A stretch of 64,000 nt of DNA from Prolixibacteraceae bacterium (GCA_039679975.1 JBDKTZ010000135.1:9394-73393); one strand, 5' to 3'; shown: positions 29,423 through 39,457, numbered from the stretch's first letter. Numbers and translations: made by a program. The notes: generated by a model not told the origin, from the letters alone.

Positions 29423-30292
29423 TCAAGGATTCTTGATTTTTCTGAACGCAAGAGGGGTCGTTCCGGTGTTTTGACGAAACCGTCGAACAAAATACGATGC
29501 ATCTTCGAAACCTAAACGCAGAGCGATCTCCGCAACGGGCAAACCGGAATAGAGCAGGAGCCTTTTGGCTTCTGCAGTAATCCTGTTTTGAATAAACTGT
29601 TTCGCACCTGTTCCCAGATGAGAAAGGCATAAATCGTTCAAATGACCTGACGTAATGCTTAAAGCATCTGCATAGTAAGAAACGGAATGCTGTCGGGCAA
29701 ATTCCCGGTTAACCAGATTGATATACTCCCGGATATGCCTGTTAAAATCAGTTTTATCACCGGAAGGATAAATGGCAGTATACTTTCTGTTGAGCCATAC
29801 CAAAACCTGATAAAGCAGTGCTCTCAAGATTTGTTTATCATTGCTGCTGAACGTCCTGATTTCCTGTTCCACATCTTGCATGACTTTGATCAGGTATCGA
29901 GAGTCTGCTTCTTCGAGTGTCAGTTCAGGGGGATTGGACCCTGTATTAAAAAACTTCAGGCCCTCAACAAACCGTGCGTCGTTTAAAAAACAACTCAGGA
30001 ATTCTTCTTCAAAAAGCAAGACATAACCTTTCGGTAAAAGGTCATAATCCCAATACCGTACCTGTCCGGGTGAAGAAAATAAAACAATATTTTCCCGGAT
30101 TGAATACCGGAATTGATCAATACTAAAAAAGCCTTTACCCCCAGTTAAGAGTGTAATATCATAATAGCTCAGGTAATGCGGGCAATCTTCGATGAGGTAT
30201 TTCTCCAACGACTCCAGCCGGACCAGGTCAATCAAAAGTTCATCGCCGTACTTGGTCTTAAAAAAGTCATATTTTTTAATCGTCCTTTTCAA
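29423..30292 (-). CDS. AraC-family transcriptional regulator
   Basis: C-terminal double HTH (ALSITSGHLNDLC...; IALRLGFEDASYFVRRFRQNTGTTPLAFR). Only a TTG start is available. Confidence 0.85.
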   Translation of the reverse strand: MKRTIKKYDFFKTKYGDELLIDLVRLESLEKYLIEDCPHYLSYYDITLLTGGKGFFSIDQFRYSIRENIVLFSSPGQVRYWDYDLLPKGYVLLFEEEFLSCFLNDARFVEGLKFFNTGSNPPELTLEEADSRYLIKVMQDVEQEIRTFSSNDKQILRALLYQVLVWLNRKYTAIYPSGDKTDFNRHIREYINLVNREFARQHSVSYYADALSITSGHLNDLCLSHLGTGAKQFIQNRITAEAKRLLLYSGLPVAEIALRLGFEDASYFVRRFRQNTGTTPLAFRKIKNP

Positions 30293-30401
30293 ATCATCCG
30301 CAGAAACGATACAAAGTAAGATAAAACAACTGTTGTCATATTTCTGTCTCCCGGTAAGCTAAAAAAGAAGTGATCACAAAATTCAGAATAGGTCCGTGAC
30401 C

Positions 30402-31094
30402 TCATTTGTTCATGATGACGGGACCCAGTTCCTGCTTCATCTTTTCGTAATCGGATTCGCTCATCAGGCCCAGGTCCAGCAGTTCCTTCGCTTCCTTAAG
30501 CTTCGCAATCGCTGCTTCCCGCGTTAAAGGCGCATACAGGCTTCTGATCTCACCCGCGATCGCCGCTTTTTCATAGTCCAGAATGGAAAGATATTTATAA
30601 ATACCGAATGCCCTCCCATTGGGTTCTCCCAACAAAACATTCACTGCAAGAGGCTTTTTTGCGCTTCCTTTATGAAAGACCTTCATTTCTGCAATAACCA
30701 CGATTTCTTCCTGCATATTGGCACCTACATTTTCCGCTCCTTCTCCGGGTGTTGTCGCGTTCAGAATGGTACTCATCCCTCCTTGTTTCCCGTAGAAAAT
30801 CATGGCGTAGTTATTCTGGGTCTGCGATCTGGCCACTCCAACGCCAACTTTTTCGCCAACACCAATTCCCGTGGTCGAGGTCGTACTTCCCGAAGGATAT
30901 CCCAGAATCAGCGTGTCGCCTACCTGCAGAACCGCACCATCTGCCGCGATATATCTCAACACCTTTGTATTATTCCTGATCGTCCGGAATACTTCTGAAT
31001 TCTGCGTGTCATCAAACGTCAGCTCTTCTATTTCACTTTGAGCGAAAGAAGTTGTCGCGGTAAAAGCAAGAATGGCAAAAATAATTTTCTTCAT
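30402..31094 (-). CDS. secreted hypothetical protein with SHOCT-like C-terminus
   Basis: Signal peptide MKKIIFAILAFTATTSFAQ. The C-terminal LLDLGLMSESDYEKMKQEL resembles a SHOCT motif. Confidence 0.5.
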   Translation of the reverse strand: MKKIIFAILAFTATTSFAQSEIEELTFDDTQNSEVFRTIRNNTKVLRYIAADGAVLQVGDTLILGYPSGSTTSTTGIGVGEKVGVGVARSQTQNNYAMIFYGKQGGMSTILNATTPGEGAENVGANMQEEIVVIAEMKVFHKGSAKKPLAVNVLLGEPNGRAFGIYKYLSILDYEKAAIAGEIRSLYAPLTREAAIAKLKEAKELLDLGLMSESDYEKMKQELGPVIMNK

Positions 31095-31428
31095 TTGTTT
31101 GTATATTTCTTTTTTTGATTCAAGCACAAAATCAATTCCTTTCGATTCAACTGATTCATTATAAAATAATCCTTTTCTGACAGACCAAATTAATATTTTC
31201 TGCCTTTAATTGAACTTGTATTCACTATTTATTCCTAAAATAATTGTATTGGCCAAAACAAACTTTATGCCTAAAATTTACAACAGTTGTCCACGAACGT
31301 TTTTATTCTTCATTAACCAGATCCCGGTCGCCATTTACGTCGGATCTGCTCCAAAGCGTGCAGTAAGAATAACAACATATTGTCTTGTCACCCTTCAACC
31401 CCGCCCTCTCTTTTTCCATTCTCCGGTC

Positions 31429-31860
31429 TCAGGGTTCTTCCTGATTCAACGTCAGAAACCAGTCAAAAACGGAAGTAAATAACCTTTCATTCGATACGCT
31501 GTAAAGATCAACTTTAACCTGAATAACTGTCCGCTTTCTTGTATTTAATGCATCAATGATTTCAGGAACAGTTGAATCAACCAGAACAGCACTTGAAAAA
31601 ACAGATCCGTTTGCCGGTTTACTGTATTTGACTTCCACTTTTCTCACAACGGGGATAATTGCCAATTCATAATCGTTGAACTGCCTTAGTAAAAACTCCC
31701 CGCTTGAAGCTTCGGCAAGTGCAAACAGGGCGCCTGCATGTACCGTTGCCAGATGATTGAGATACTCACTTTTGGGTTCCAGCTTAAAAATAAAACCACT
31801 CCCGGGATCTGCTTTGTCAATTCCCAGGAATTTATTGAAGGGGATCTCAAGTACATTCAT
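31429..31860 (-). CDS. hotdog-fold thioesterase (PaaI / YiiD_C-like)
   Basis: HAGALFALAEASSG motif. 143 aa. Confidence 0.65.
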   Translation of the reverse strand: MNVLEIPFNKFLGIDKADPGSGFIFKLEPKSEYLNHLATVHAGALFALAEASSGEFLLRQFNDYELAIIPVVRKVEVKYSKPANGSVFSSAVLVDSTVPEIIDALNTRKRTVIQVKVDLYSVSNERLFTSVFDWFLTLNQEEP

Positions 31861-32504
31861 ATTAAACCTTTTTTGTTCCGGTAATAAAAAAAAGTCTTTC
31901 CCTGTTCCATGTCATCATAATTATAAATCTCCTTATCCGAATGGTTGCTGTAAAATGCCAGCATAGCCATATCGCCGGCACAGAATAAAGAATGGATGCA
32001 CATCACACTGAAAAAGAAGTAAGCATACGGCGTGTACCAAGAGAGGACGCCCGCTATCAGGCACACCAGCTTCACGGTCACCAACGGAGCAAACGCCACG
32101 ATCCTGAAAGTTCTGAGTTCAATTACCTCCTTGTCGGCCATCACGTAAAAAATAAACTTCTTCAACATCATTCCCGCTTTCAGCTTCCGTGCACCGCATA
32201 CCCAATAGGCAAACGCATGTAACAGCTCATGCAGGAAGATCAAAACCGTGAACGAAAATAAAACCGCATATCCCGTATGGATAAGAGGCTCAGGTATTCC
32301 CTTGACAAGCCGGATTACCGCGTGTCCTGCCAAAAACCCGAGCAACACCAACATGATCATCTGATAAATGGAGTAAATCCGGATTAGCCGGACTCCCGGT
32401 GTGATTTGCTCAAAAATAAATTTTTTAATCTGCCGGTGCTCCACTTCAGCCAATAATTCAAATTGTTCCGGGTTCTTCAAATCTTCCGGTCTTAGTTTCT
32501 TCAT
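31857..32504 (-). CDS. DUF3267-like membrane protein with HExxH motif
   Basis: [10 protein letters not shown] embedded between TM helices. Overlaps the thioesterase start by 4 nt. Confidence 0.6.
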   Translation of the reverse strand: MKKLRPEDLKNPEQFELLAEVEHRQIKKFIFEQITPGVRLIRIYSIYQMIMLVLLGFLAGHAVIRLVKGIPEPLIHTGYAVLFSFTVLIFLHELLHAFAYWVCGARKLKAGMMLKKFIFYVMADKEVIELRTFRIVAFAPLVTVKLVCLIAGVLSWYTPYAYFFFSVMCIHSLFCAGDMAMLAFYSNHSDKEIYNYDDMEQGKTFFYYRNKKGLI

Positions 32505-32537
32505 CTTGCTTAATTTATCGCCGAAAACCTATTTTTT

Positions 32538-32545
32538 TATCTTTG
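32538..32545 (+). promoter_or_regulatory. -7 promoter box (TATCTTTG) upstream of rnhB
   Basis: Exact TAnnTTTG match 82 nt upstream of the rnhB ATG. Confidence 0.4.
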
Positions 32546-32626
32546 CAAATAGTATTCTCCCTCGTGGGAATACTGTGTACAGATCACGCAAGAACCTTGG
32601 GACAACAAAAGTATCATTTTTTAAAA

Positions 32627-33253
32627 ATGGCAGGAAAAAGTTTACTACAGTTATGTTTGCAGGAGGGAAGGCTTGAAGCGGGTTGCGATGAAGCCGGTCG
32701 CGGATGCCTGGCTGGTCCTGTCGTCGCCGCCGCTGTCATCCTGCCGTCAGACTTTGAAAATACCCTGTTAAATGATTCCAAGGAACTTACGGAAAAAGAA
32801 AGGGACCTGCTTCGTCCAATTATCGAAAACCAGGCACTGGCCTGGGCCATTGGTGTGGTGAGTCATACCGAAATCGATGAAATCAATATTCTTAATGCCT
32901 CTTTCCTGGCCATGCACCGGGCGATCGGTCAACTTAAAATGATTCCGGAACATCTGCTGATCGACGGTAACAGGTTTAATGCTTATCCCAATATCCCGCA
33001 TACCTGCATCATCAAAGGAGACGGCAAATACCTTCCTATCGCAGCCGCGTCGGTGCTTGCCAAAACGTTTCGGGATGAACTGATGAAGAACCTGCACAGG
33101 CGATTTCCGCAATACTGCTGGAACAGCAATAAAGGCTATCCCACAAAAGCTCATCGTCAGGCTATCCGTGAAATCGGACCATCACCTTTTCACCGCATCA
33201 CGTTCCACTTGCTGGAGGAACAACTGGAACTGGACTTTGAGCATGGAGCATAG
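32627..33253 (+). CDS. rnhB: ribonuclease HII
   Basis: [19 protein letters not shown] catalytic motif and DSKELT. Start set at the ATG at 32627. Confidence 0.9.
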   Translation: MAGKSLLQLCLQEGRLEAGCDEAGRGCLAGPVVAAAVILPSDFENTLLNDSKELTEKERDLLRPIIENQALAWAIGVVSHTEIDEINILNASFLAMHRAIGQLKMIPEHLLIDGNRFNAYPNIPHTCIIKGDGKYLPIAAASVLAKTFRDELMKNLHRRFPQYCWNSNKGYPTKAHRQAIREIGPSPFHRITFHLLEEQLELDFEHGA

Positions 33254-33303
33254 TGCATGGTGCACAGAATCTTTCCTATGCTCCAGGCGCTATGCCCTGT
33301 GCT
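33241..33303. repeat. heptamer-built inverted element in the rnhB/tolC convergent spacer
   Basis: GCATGGA GCATAGT GCATGGT GCACAGA, a 7-nt spacer, then CTATGCT CCAGGCG CTATGCC CTGTGCT. 33241-33253 can pair with 33276-33288 (12 of 13). 25 of 27 nt match the reverse complement of 61567-61593. Confidence 0.7.
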
Positions 33304-33304
33304 T

Positions 33305-34663
33305 CTAGAGTTCGATCGGGACTCCGCTATAGAAATCCAGGATCTTTGAGCGGAAAATGTAGTCGTATTTTGCCTGAGCCAAATCGCTGCTGGCTTTTGT
33401 CAGATTGTTTTTTGCCTGATTATATTCCACTGAATTCACCATACCGACATTGAATTTCTCTTCGGTATAGCGGAAAGCTTCCTGCATCGACTCGACCGCC
33501 TTATTACTGGCAATATACTTTTTCAATGCCGCCAGCGCATTGGTATAAGCCTGCTCAATTTCTGTCCGTAATACATTTTTCGTGTTCTGAAGCTCCAATT
33601 CCTGGTTCATCGCCTGCAACTCCGCGTTTTTCACCTGTGTCCGGGTCTGGAATTTATTAAAAACAGGAATACTTAAATTAAAACCCACGCCATACTGATC
33701 ATTGCCCTTAAGCTGAGTATCAAAAGGAATTTTGGATCCCGGGATGAGCGTTCCATCCACGACCGTACCGGCGAACCTGTACTTATTATTGTAATAATTA
33801 CTATAGTCGAAGCCCAGGGTTAGTGTCGGATAGAGAGCGCTTTTTGCTATCTCAACCTGTTCTCTGTAACTTTCCAGCTTAAAAGCTGCACTTTTCACTT
33901 CAGGACGGGTTTGAACGGCATTACTGAATACTTCTACCGAATTAAGCAAAGTCCGGTTGGCAGTAACAACCGGGAGGTCCGGCTTTATGATCTTAAATTG
34001 ATCCGAAACAGGAAGTTCCAGCAACTGATACAGGTTAAGATAACTCAACTGCAATTCATTTTGCTGATTGACAAGATTTAATTCTTCCTGCGCATACTGC
34101 GCCTCGATCTCCAGCAGGCTTCCCTTTGCAAGGCTTCCTGCATTAACGAGCTTTTTGGTCCTTTCAATCTGAAGGTTTGTCACGCCCAGTTGATCTTCAG
34201 CCACCTGTACCAATTCCTGGGCAAACAGGATTTGCAGGTAAGCGGCAGCCACATTCAGTACAATGTCGTCTTTTGCTTTTTGCAAATCTTCCAGGCTGGC
34301 CTTCAAATTAAAATCAGCCATATCAATCGATTTCCGGATCGACAGATTATTCCATAAGGTCACGTTTGCGCTGAACCTTCCGCTCGTGGTATTTGAGTTC
34401 ATATCAGCGTACGTATTGTCTCCCTGTAGTGATTTGCCAAAGCTGAAACTATTTCCCAAACTTCCGTTCAGTGACGGCAACCGGTTGTTTTTGGATTGCT
34501 TCAGTTCATTCCCGTAGTAATCGGTATTGGTTTGCTGCTGCCGGATCCGAATGTTATTCCCGAGTGCATAATTAATGCATTTCTGCAAATCCCATTCCTG
34601 CTGAGCTTGAACCATAATTGCCAGATAAACAGCAATCACTGTCATATATAATTTTAACTTCAT
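33305..34663 (-). CDS. tolC: TolC-family outer membrane efflux protein
   Basis: Signal peptide ending AQQ and duplicated coiled-coil/beta repeats typical of outer membrane factors. Start set at the ATG at 34663. Confidence 0.85.
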   Translation of the reverse strand: MKLKLYMTVIAVYLAIMVQAQQEWDLQKCINYALGNNIRIRQQQTNTDYYGNELKQSKNNRLPSLNGSLGNSFSFGKSLQGDNTYADMNSNTTSGRFSANVTLWNNLSIRKSIDMADFNLKASLEDLQKAKDDIVLNVAAAYLQILFAQELVQVAEDQLGVTNLQIERTKKLVNAGSLAKGSLLEIEAQYAQEELNLVNQQNELQLSYLNLYQLLELPVSDQFKIIKPDLPVVTANRTLLNSVEVFSNAVQTRPEVKSAAFKLESYREQVEIAKSALYPTLTLGFDYSNYYNNKYRFAGTVVDGTLIPGSKIPFDTQLKGNDQYGVGFNLSIPVFNKFQTRTQVKNAELQAMNQELELQNTKNVLRTEIEQAYTNALAALKKYIASNKAVESMQEAFRYTEEKFNVGMVNSVEYNQAKNNLTKASSDLAQAKYDYIFRSKILDFYSGVPIEL

Positions 34664-34700
34664 GTTAAATGATTTATATTTTACTGGAAAATTACACATT

Positions 34701-35828
34701 CTATCCTTTCTTATCCTCTTTCTCTTTAGGTTTTTTCGGATCAATTTTATCGCCTTTAACCTTATCGTTTTTCGTTAATCCTTCTACGATCTCAATATTG
34801 ATCCCGTCAGAAATACCTGTCTTTACATTTCGCTTTTCATATATCGATTCTGCTTCGTTGGTAAGCACCTCAACAAAAGCTGAATCGTTTTTAAACTGCA
34901 GCATACCCTCGGGAATAACCATGACACTGTCCTTTCGTTCCAAAACAATGTTGGCATTGGCAGAATACCCGGCGCGGATAAACTGACCCTCTTTCAGAGA
35001 AACATCGGCCTTGATCTCAAACTGGATCGCTCCGTTTTCTTCTTTTCCTTTAGGCGATATGTACTTCAGCACGGCATCAAATTTATCCTTCTCAATGGCG
35101 CCGATCTCCAGTTCGATCAACATCCCTTCCTTTATTTTTCCAACCTCCGTTTCATCAACCTTCCCCTGGAAAATCATATCCTTCATGTCGGCTACAATGG
35201 CAATCGTTGTGCCGTCATTGAAGGTATTTGACTGGATCACGGAGTTACCTACCTTGATCGGAACATCGAGAACGGTTCCCGTGATGGTTGAGCGAACCAA
35301 GGTGTTAGTAGCAGTCTGAGCCTTTTTGGTAACCCCGTTCTTGATCAGCTCCAGATTATTATCGGCGGCCGAAAACTCTTCCTTCGACTGGTCGTATGCC
35401 ACTTTTGCTTTTTTGAATTCTTCGTAGGAGATCACGTCGGTGTCAAATAGTTTCTGCTGACGATCGTAATCAATCTTCGCGTCCTGAAAATCAATTTCAG
35501 CTTGTTTTAAGCGAGACTCAGCAGCATTCAGATTGACCATATCCGGTATTATTTTGATTTTAGCAATGACCTGCCCCTTCTCAATCCGATCGCCGGCCAC
35601 CACATATATTTCGTCAATAATTCCGGAAACCTGAGGTTTTATCTCAATCTCCTGGCGGGGCACAACTGAACCTGTTGCCACTGTCTTCTGAATGACATTT
35701 GAGATCACAGGTGTCCTGGTCTCATACACGTCGGGTTTCTTCTTCGATTTGGTGTAGAGGAAAGCAATGGTTCCTCCAAAAATTATTACCAACAGTGTAA
35801 CTCCTAAAATTCTGAAAATCTTCTTCAT
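34701..35828 (-). CDS. macA: efflux transporter periplasmic adaptor (MacA/HlyD family)
   Basis: N-terminal TM helix, lipoyl-like and coiled-coil hairpin segments. Sits in an operon with MacB-type genes. Confidence 0.85.
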   Translation of the reverse strand: MKKIFRILGVTLLVIIFGGTIAFLYTKSKKKPDVYETRTPVISNVIQKTVATGSVVPRQEIEIKPQVSGIIDEIYVVAGDRIEKGQVIAKIKIIPDMVNLNAAESRLKQAEIDFQDAKIDYDRQQKLFDTDVISYEEFKKAKVAYDQSKEEFSAADNNLELIKNGVTKKAQTATNTLVRSTITGTVLDVPIKVGNSVIQSNTFNDGTTIAIVADMKDMIFQGKVDETEVGKIKEGMLIELEIGAIEKDKFDAVLKYISPKGKEENGAIQFEIKADVSLKEGQFIRAGYSANANIVLERKDSVMVIPEGMLQFKNDSAFVEVLTNEAESIYEKRNVKTGISDGINIEIVEGLTKNDKVKGDKIDPKKPKEKEDKKG

Positions 35829-35833
35829 GGTTT

Positions 35834-35906
35834 AAATTGCTAAATGGTCAAATTGTTTCTTGTTATATGGCTCATTAAAATGCTAAATTGTAAAATTTTG
35901 ATGGTC
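35834..35906. repeat. AT-rich octamer-phased direct repeat in an intra-operon spacer
   Basis: AAATTGCT AAATGGTC AAATTGTT (35834-35857) and AAAATGCT AAATTGTA AAATTTTG (35877-35900). The two segments share about 16 of 20 nt. Confidence 0.5.
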
Positions 35907-35916
35907 TTTCATGTTG

Positions 35917-37176
35917 CTATTCATCTCTCAACGCATCAATGGGTTTAATACTAATAGCGCGCCTGGCAGGTACCAGTCCTGCAAATATTCCGGAGATCAC
36001 CAGAACAGTCAGCGCAGCAAGGGCCATTCCCAGATTGATCTGCGGATGCCGGAAAAACATCTCATCTCCTGCCGATTCTAAAAATTTGTTTAAGACCTCC
36101 AGCAGTCCGACTCCCAGTGAAAGTCCGATATAACCGGCCATCACGGTTAAAAAGACACTCTCTGCCACGATATGAAGGATGATCTTCCCGGGAGTTGCTC
36201 CAATGGCCCGTTGTATACCAATTTCCTGTGTTCGTTCCTTGATGATGACCAGCATAATGTTGCTTACTCCAATCACTCCTGCCATCAAGGTGCCTATTCC
36301 AACAATCCAGGTTAAGATCTGGATTCCCAGAAACAAGGCGGAAAATTTTTTAAATTCAGCTTCAATATTAAATGACCCCACAGCCTGCATGTCGTCAGGA
36401 GCAATTTTATGCCGTTCCTTTAAGATCGTTTTCAGTTTCTCCTCCATCGCGCTCACACTCGACCAGGATTTAGCCGTTACCGAAAAGAAATGAATGACAT
36501 TCCCGTAATTGTAAGCGGTTTGCATCGTCGAAAAAGGTAATATGATGGTTTCTTCCTTTTTCCCTCCTCCAATATTGATACGGGTTTCAGGATGGATTAC
36601 ACCGACAACCTGAAAATAGACCCCGCTCAGTTTCAGATATTTCCCGATCGGGTCTTCTTCCGGAGCAAACATTACTTCCTGTACCCGCTCCCCAATCACG
36701 CACACCTTCCTTTTCTGTTTGACGTCAATTTCATTAAGCAGGCGGCCCTTAAGCGGGGTCCATTTATCTATTTTAAAATAGTCCGGGTAATCACCATAAA
36801 TATTAAAAGCGCCGGACCGTTCGCCACGAACAGTGTTATCCCCGTTCTGGGCCCACCCGAACAATCGTGGCGACAAGTATTCCACTTCACGTACGTTTTG
36901 CCTTATATATCCAATATCTTCGTTTTTATAATCCCACCGGCGTCCGCGCTGAAAACCCTCAAACGGCTTACTGGTACGTTCAGTCCAGAAGAATGCTGAA
37001 TTCGTCGCAAAACCTTTCACCCCTTCCAGCACACCGTTCTCCAGTGCCCTGCCGGCACCAGACATGATGATGAGCATAAAAATTCCCCAGAATACACCAA
37101 AAGCGGTCATGAAACTTCGCAAGCGGTTTTGTTTCAGTGCACTTATAATTTCTTTCCACAAATCAGGATCAAACAT
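35917..37176 (-). CDS. ABC transporter permease (MacB/FtsX family)
   Basis: MacB_PCD-like periplasmic domain between TM1 and TM2, then a C-terminal FtsX domain. 419 aa. Confidence 0.85.
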   Translation of the reverse strand: MFDPDLWKEIISALKQNRLRSFMTAFGVFWGIFMLIIMSGAGRALENGVLEGVKGFATNSAFFWTERTSKPFEGFQRGRRWDYKNEDIGYIRQNVREVEYLSPRLFGWAQNGDNTVRGERSGAFNIYGDYPDYFKIDKWTPLKGRLLNEIDVKQKRKVCVIGERVQEVMFAPEEDPIGKYLKLSGVYFQVVGVIHPETRINIGGGKKEETIILPFSTMQTAYNYGNVIHFFSVTAKSWSSVSAMEEKLKTILKERHKIAPDDMQAVGSFNIEAEFKKFSALFLGIQILTWIVGIGTLMAGVIGVSNIMLVIIKERTQEIGIQRAIGATPGKIILHIVAESVFLTVMAGYIGLSLGVGLLEVLNKFLESAGDEMFFRHPQINLGMALAALTVLVISGIFAGLVPARRAISIKPIDALRDE

Positions 37177-37222
37177 GATAAAATAAGTTCAAAAATTTAC
37201 GTTCCAAATTTCAGCCGGCAGT

Positions 37223-38482
37223 TTATTCATCCCTAAGCGCAATAATGGGTCTGATACGAGCTGCACGCTTGGCAGGAATGTACCCTGCAATAGCTCCGGC
37301 TATGATCAGCAACACCGTTGCCGAAACAGCCACACCAAAATCGACGGTCGGGTTCAGAAAGATCGTTTCGCTTTGCTGCTGAGTGGCTGCAGCATCGCCT
37401 GCTGACTGGACCATCATGTAATTGATGCCCTCCATTAATCCGGTTCCGAAAACCAGGCCGATATAGCCTGCTACCGTGGTAATCAGGATCGATTCAAGCA
37501 GAATCAGACCGATCACAGAAGAGGGCGAGGCGCCAATAGCTTTGCGAATTCCTATTTCCTTTGTCCGCTCCTTTACCACGATCAGCATAATATTACTGAC
37601 GCCTACAATCCCCGCGATCAGCGTACCGATGCCAATAATCCAGATAAAGATCTTGATGGCCTGGAAGATCCGCATGGTTTGAATGTAATTTTCCAATTTA
37701 TTGTAAAGCCCCATCGCGCTTTCATCCTTCTCATCAAACTTAAGCTTATGAGAGAATGTACTGCGTATTTGCTCTTCAATTTTTTGGCTCTCTTCCAGCG
37801 TTTCCCCACTGACGGTGATCGCAAGATTATGCAGACGGTTCGATCCGTTGAACACTTTTTGAGCCGTGGAAACCGGCATATAGGCATTCCTGTTACGGGT
37901 TGACGCAGGTTCCACGCAGATGCCTACCACTTTAAAAGGTACCTTATTGACATTGACATACTCACCCAATGCTGGTTTATTTTTAAAAAGCGCATCATAG
38001 ATGTCTTTGCCAATGACAACCACCTTCCGGTTTTGACGAATATCGACCTGGTTAATAAACCGGCCTTCAATTAACTGCATATTCTCGACATCATTTAGCT
38101 CAGGATGGCAGGTGATGGTCGTATATTCGCCCGATTCGTCCCCGTACGAATACCTGGTGTTCCCCATGAAATAGCGACCTGAAGCGGTTTCAACCCCCTT
38201 GATCCCTTTAATCACATCGTAATCGTCATTATGAAACTGGATGGAACGACCTGTATTCATTCCTTTGTAAGGAATAGTGGTTTCACCGGTCCAGATCCAC
38301 ATGGCGTTAACCGCATCATTCATAAAATTGCTGGCCACCCCGTTACTTAAACCGTTACCCGAACCAAGCAGGATCATCAGCATAAAAATTCCCCAGGCCA
38401 CAGAAAATCCTGTTAAAAAGGTACGCATCTTGTTCTTTCTGATGGTAGCCAGAATTTCCTGCCATTTATCAATATCAAACAT
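37223..38482 (-). CDS. ABC transporter permease (MacB/FtsX family), paralog of the neighbouring gene
   Basis: Same architecture and length (419 aa), with a shared C-terminal ...ALRDE. Confidence 0.85.
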   Translation of the reverse strand: MFDIDKWQEILATIRKNKMRTFLTGFSVAWGIFMLMILLGSGNGLSNGVASNFMNDAVNAMWIWTGETTIPYKGMNTGRSIQFHNDDYDVIKGIKGVETASGRYFMGNTRYSYGDESGEYTTITCHPELNDVENMQLIEGRFINQVDIRQNRKVVVIGKDIYDALFKNKPALGEYVNVNKVPFKVVGICVEPASTRNRNAYMPVSTAQKVFNGSNRLHNLAITVSGETLEESQKIEEQIRSTFSHKLKFDEKDESAMGLYNKLENYIQTMRIFQAIKIFIWIIGIGTLIAGIVGVSNIMLIVVKERTKEIGIRKAIGASPSSVIGLILLESILITTVAGYIGLVFGTGLMEGINYMMVQSAGDAAATQQQSETIFLNPTVDFGVAVSATVLLIIAGAIAGYIPAKRAARIRPIIALRDE

Positions 38483-38493
38483 CGTTCAAAGGT

Positions 38494-39219
38494 TTAAGCA
38501 GGTTGCAGCTCTTTTGAATATTTGTAACGGAAGTCCTTCAGATCGCCATTACAGATTACTTCGTGAATCAGTCCGTCTTTCAGACGAATAATCTTCTGAG
38601 TCATCGCAGCAATGTCATGTTCATGCGTAACAATAATGACGGTTTTCCCCTGCTCATTGATTTCTCTCAGGATGTCCATCACTTCATAGGATGTATTCGA
38701 GTCGAGTGCTCCGGTCGGTTCGTCGGCCAGGATGATCTTAGGATTGGAGATCAGCGCCCGCGCAATGGCAACCCGTTGCTTCTGCCCCCCCGACATTTCG
38801 TTCGGCATATGTTCGGCCCATGGCTTCAATCCCAGTTTATCCAGGTATTCCATGGCCAGTATATTTCGCTTCTTTCGTTTAACTCCTTTATAATACAAGG
38901 GAAGAGCCACATTCTCCATTGCATTCTTGAAGGAAATCAGGTTAAATGACTGAAAAACGAATCCAACCATCTCGTTCCTGAGACGGGCTGCCTTCTTTTC
39001 ATTCATCTGAGAAATGAACTGTCCGCCAAGATAATAACGACCTTCATCGTAGTTGTCGAGTATTCCCAAAATATTCAGAAGAGTGGATTTTCCCGAACCC
39101 GACGAGCCCATAATCGAAACGAATTCCCCCCCCTCTATGTCCAAATCGATTCCCTTGAGCACGTGAAGCTTGCTGCTACCCATCTCATACGATTTGTGGA
39201 TGTTGTTTAATTTAATCAT
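38494..39219 (-). CDS. ABC transporter ATP-binding protein (MacB/LolD-type)
   Basis: Walker A GSSGSGKST, signature SGGQKQR, Walker B ILADEPTGALD. Confidence 0.9.
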   Translation of the reverse strand: MIKLNNIHKSYEMGSSKLHVLKGIDLDIEGGEFVSIMGSSGSGKSTLLNILGILDNYDEGRYYLGGQFISQMNEKKAARLRNEMVGFVFQSFNLISFKNAMENVALPLYYKGVKRKKRNILAMEYLDKLGLKPWAEHMPNEMSGGQKQRVAIARALISNPKIILADEPTGALDSNTSYEVMDILREINEQGKTVIIVTHEHDIAAMTQKIIRLKDGLIHEVICNGDLKDFRYKYSKELQPA

Positions 39220-39457
39220 GGTTTAATTGTTTTCTGATCCGCTTTCTTCCTGCAAATTTTAATCATCCCCGCCTTAATTCCTCCAATTATTCGATGAATG
39301 TGTATTTTTTTTATGTGAATGTCATTTTTATGACACTTTTATCACAAAAAGGATCATCCGAATGGCGGTTTATATTGATGTAAGACGAAGAAAAAAGCCG
39401 GACGTTACAAATTTTAAAAAAAACATAAAGCTCGTTTCATATCATCGCCATGCAGGC

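Noticed and set aside
31210-31482. 90-aa ORF in the 301-nt spacer upstream of the SHOCT-like gene.
   Set aside because: The ORF begins at a non-ATG (TTG) start codon, has no motif, and its end overlaps the thioesterase gene on the opposite strand. It is probably non-coding.
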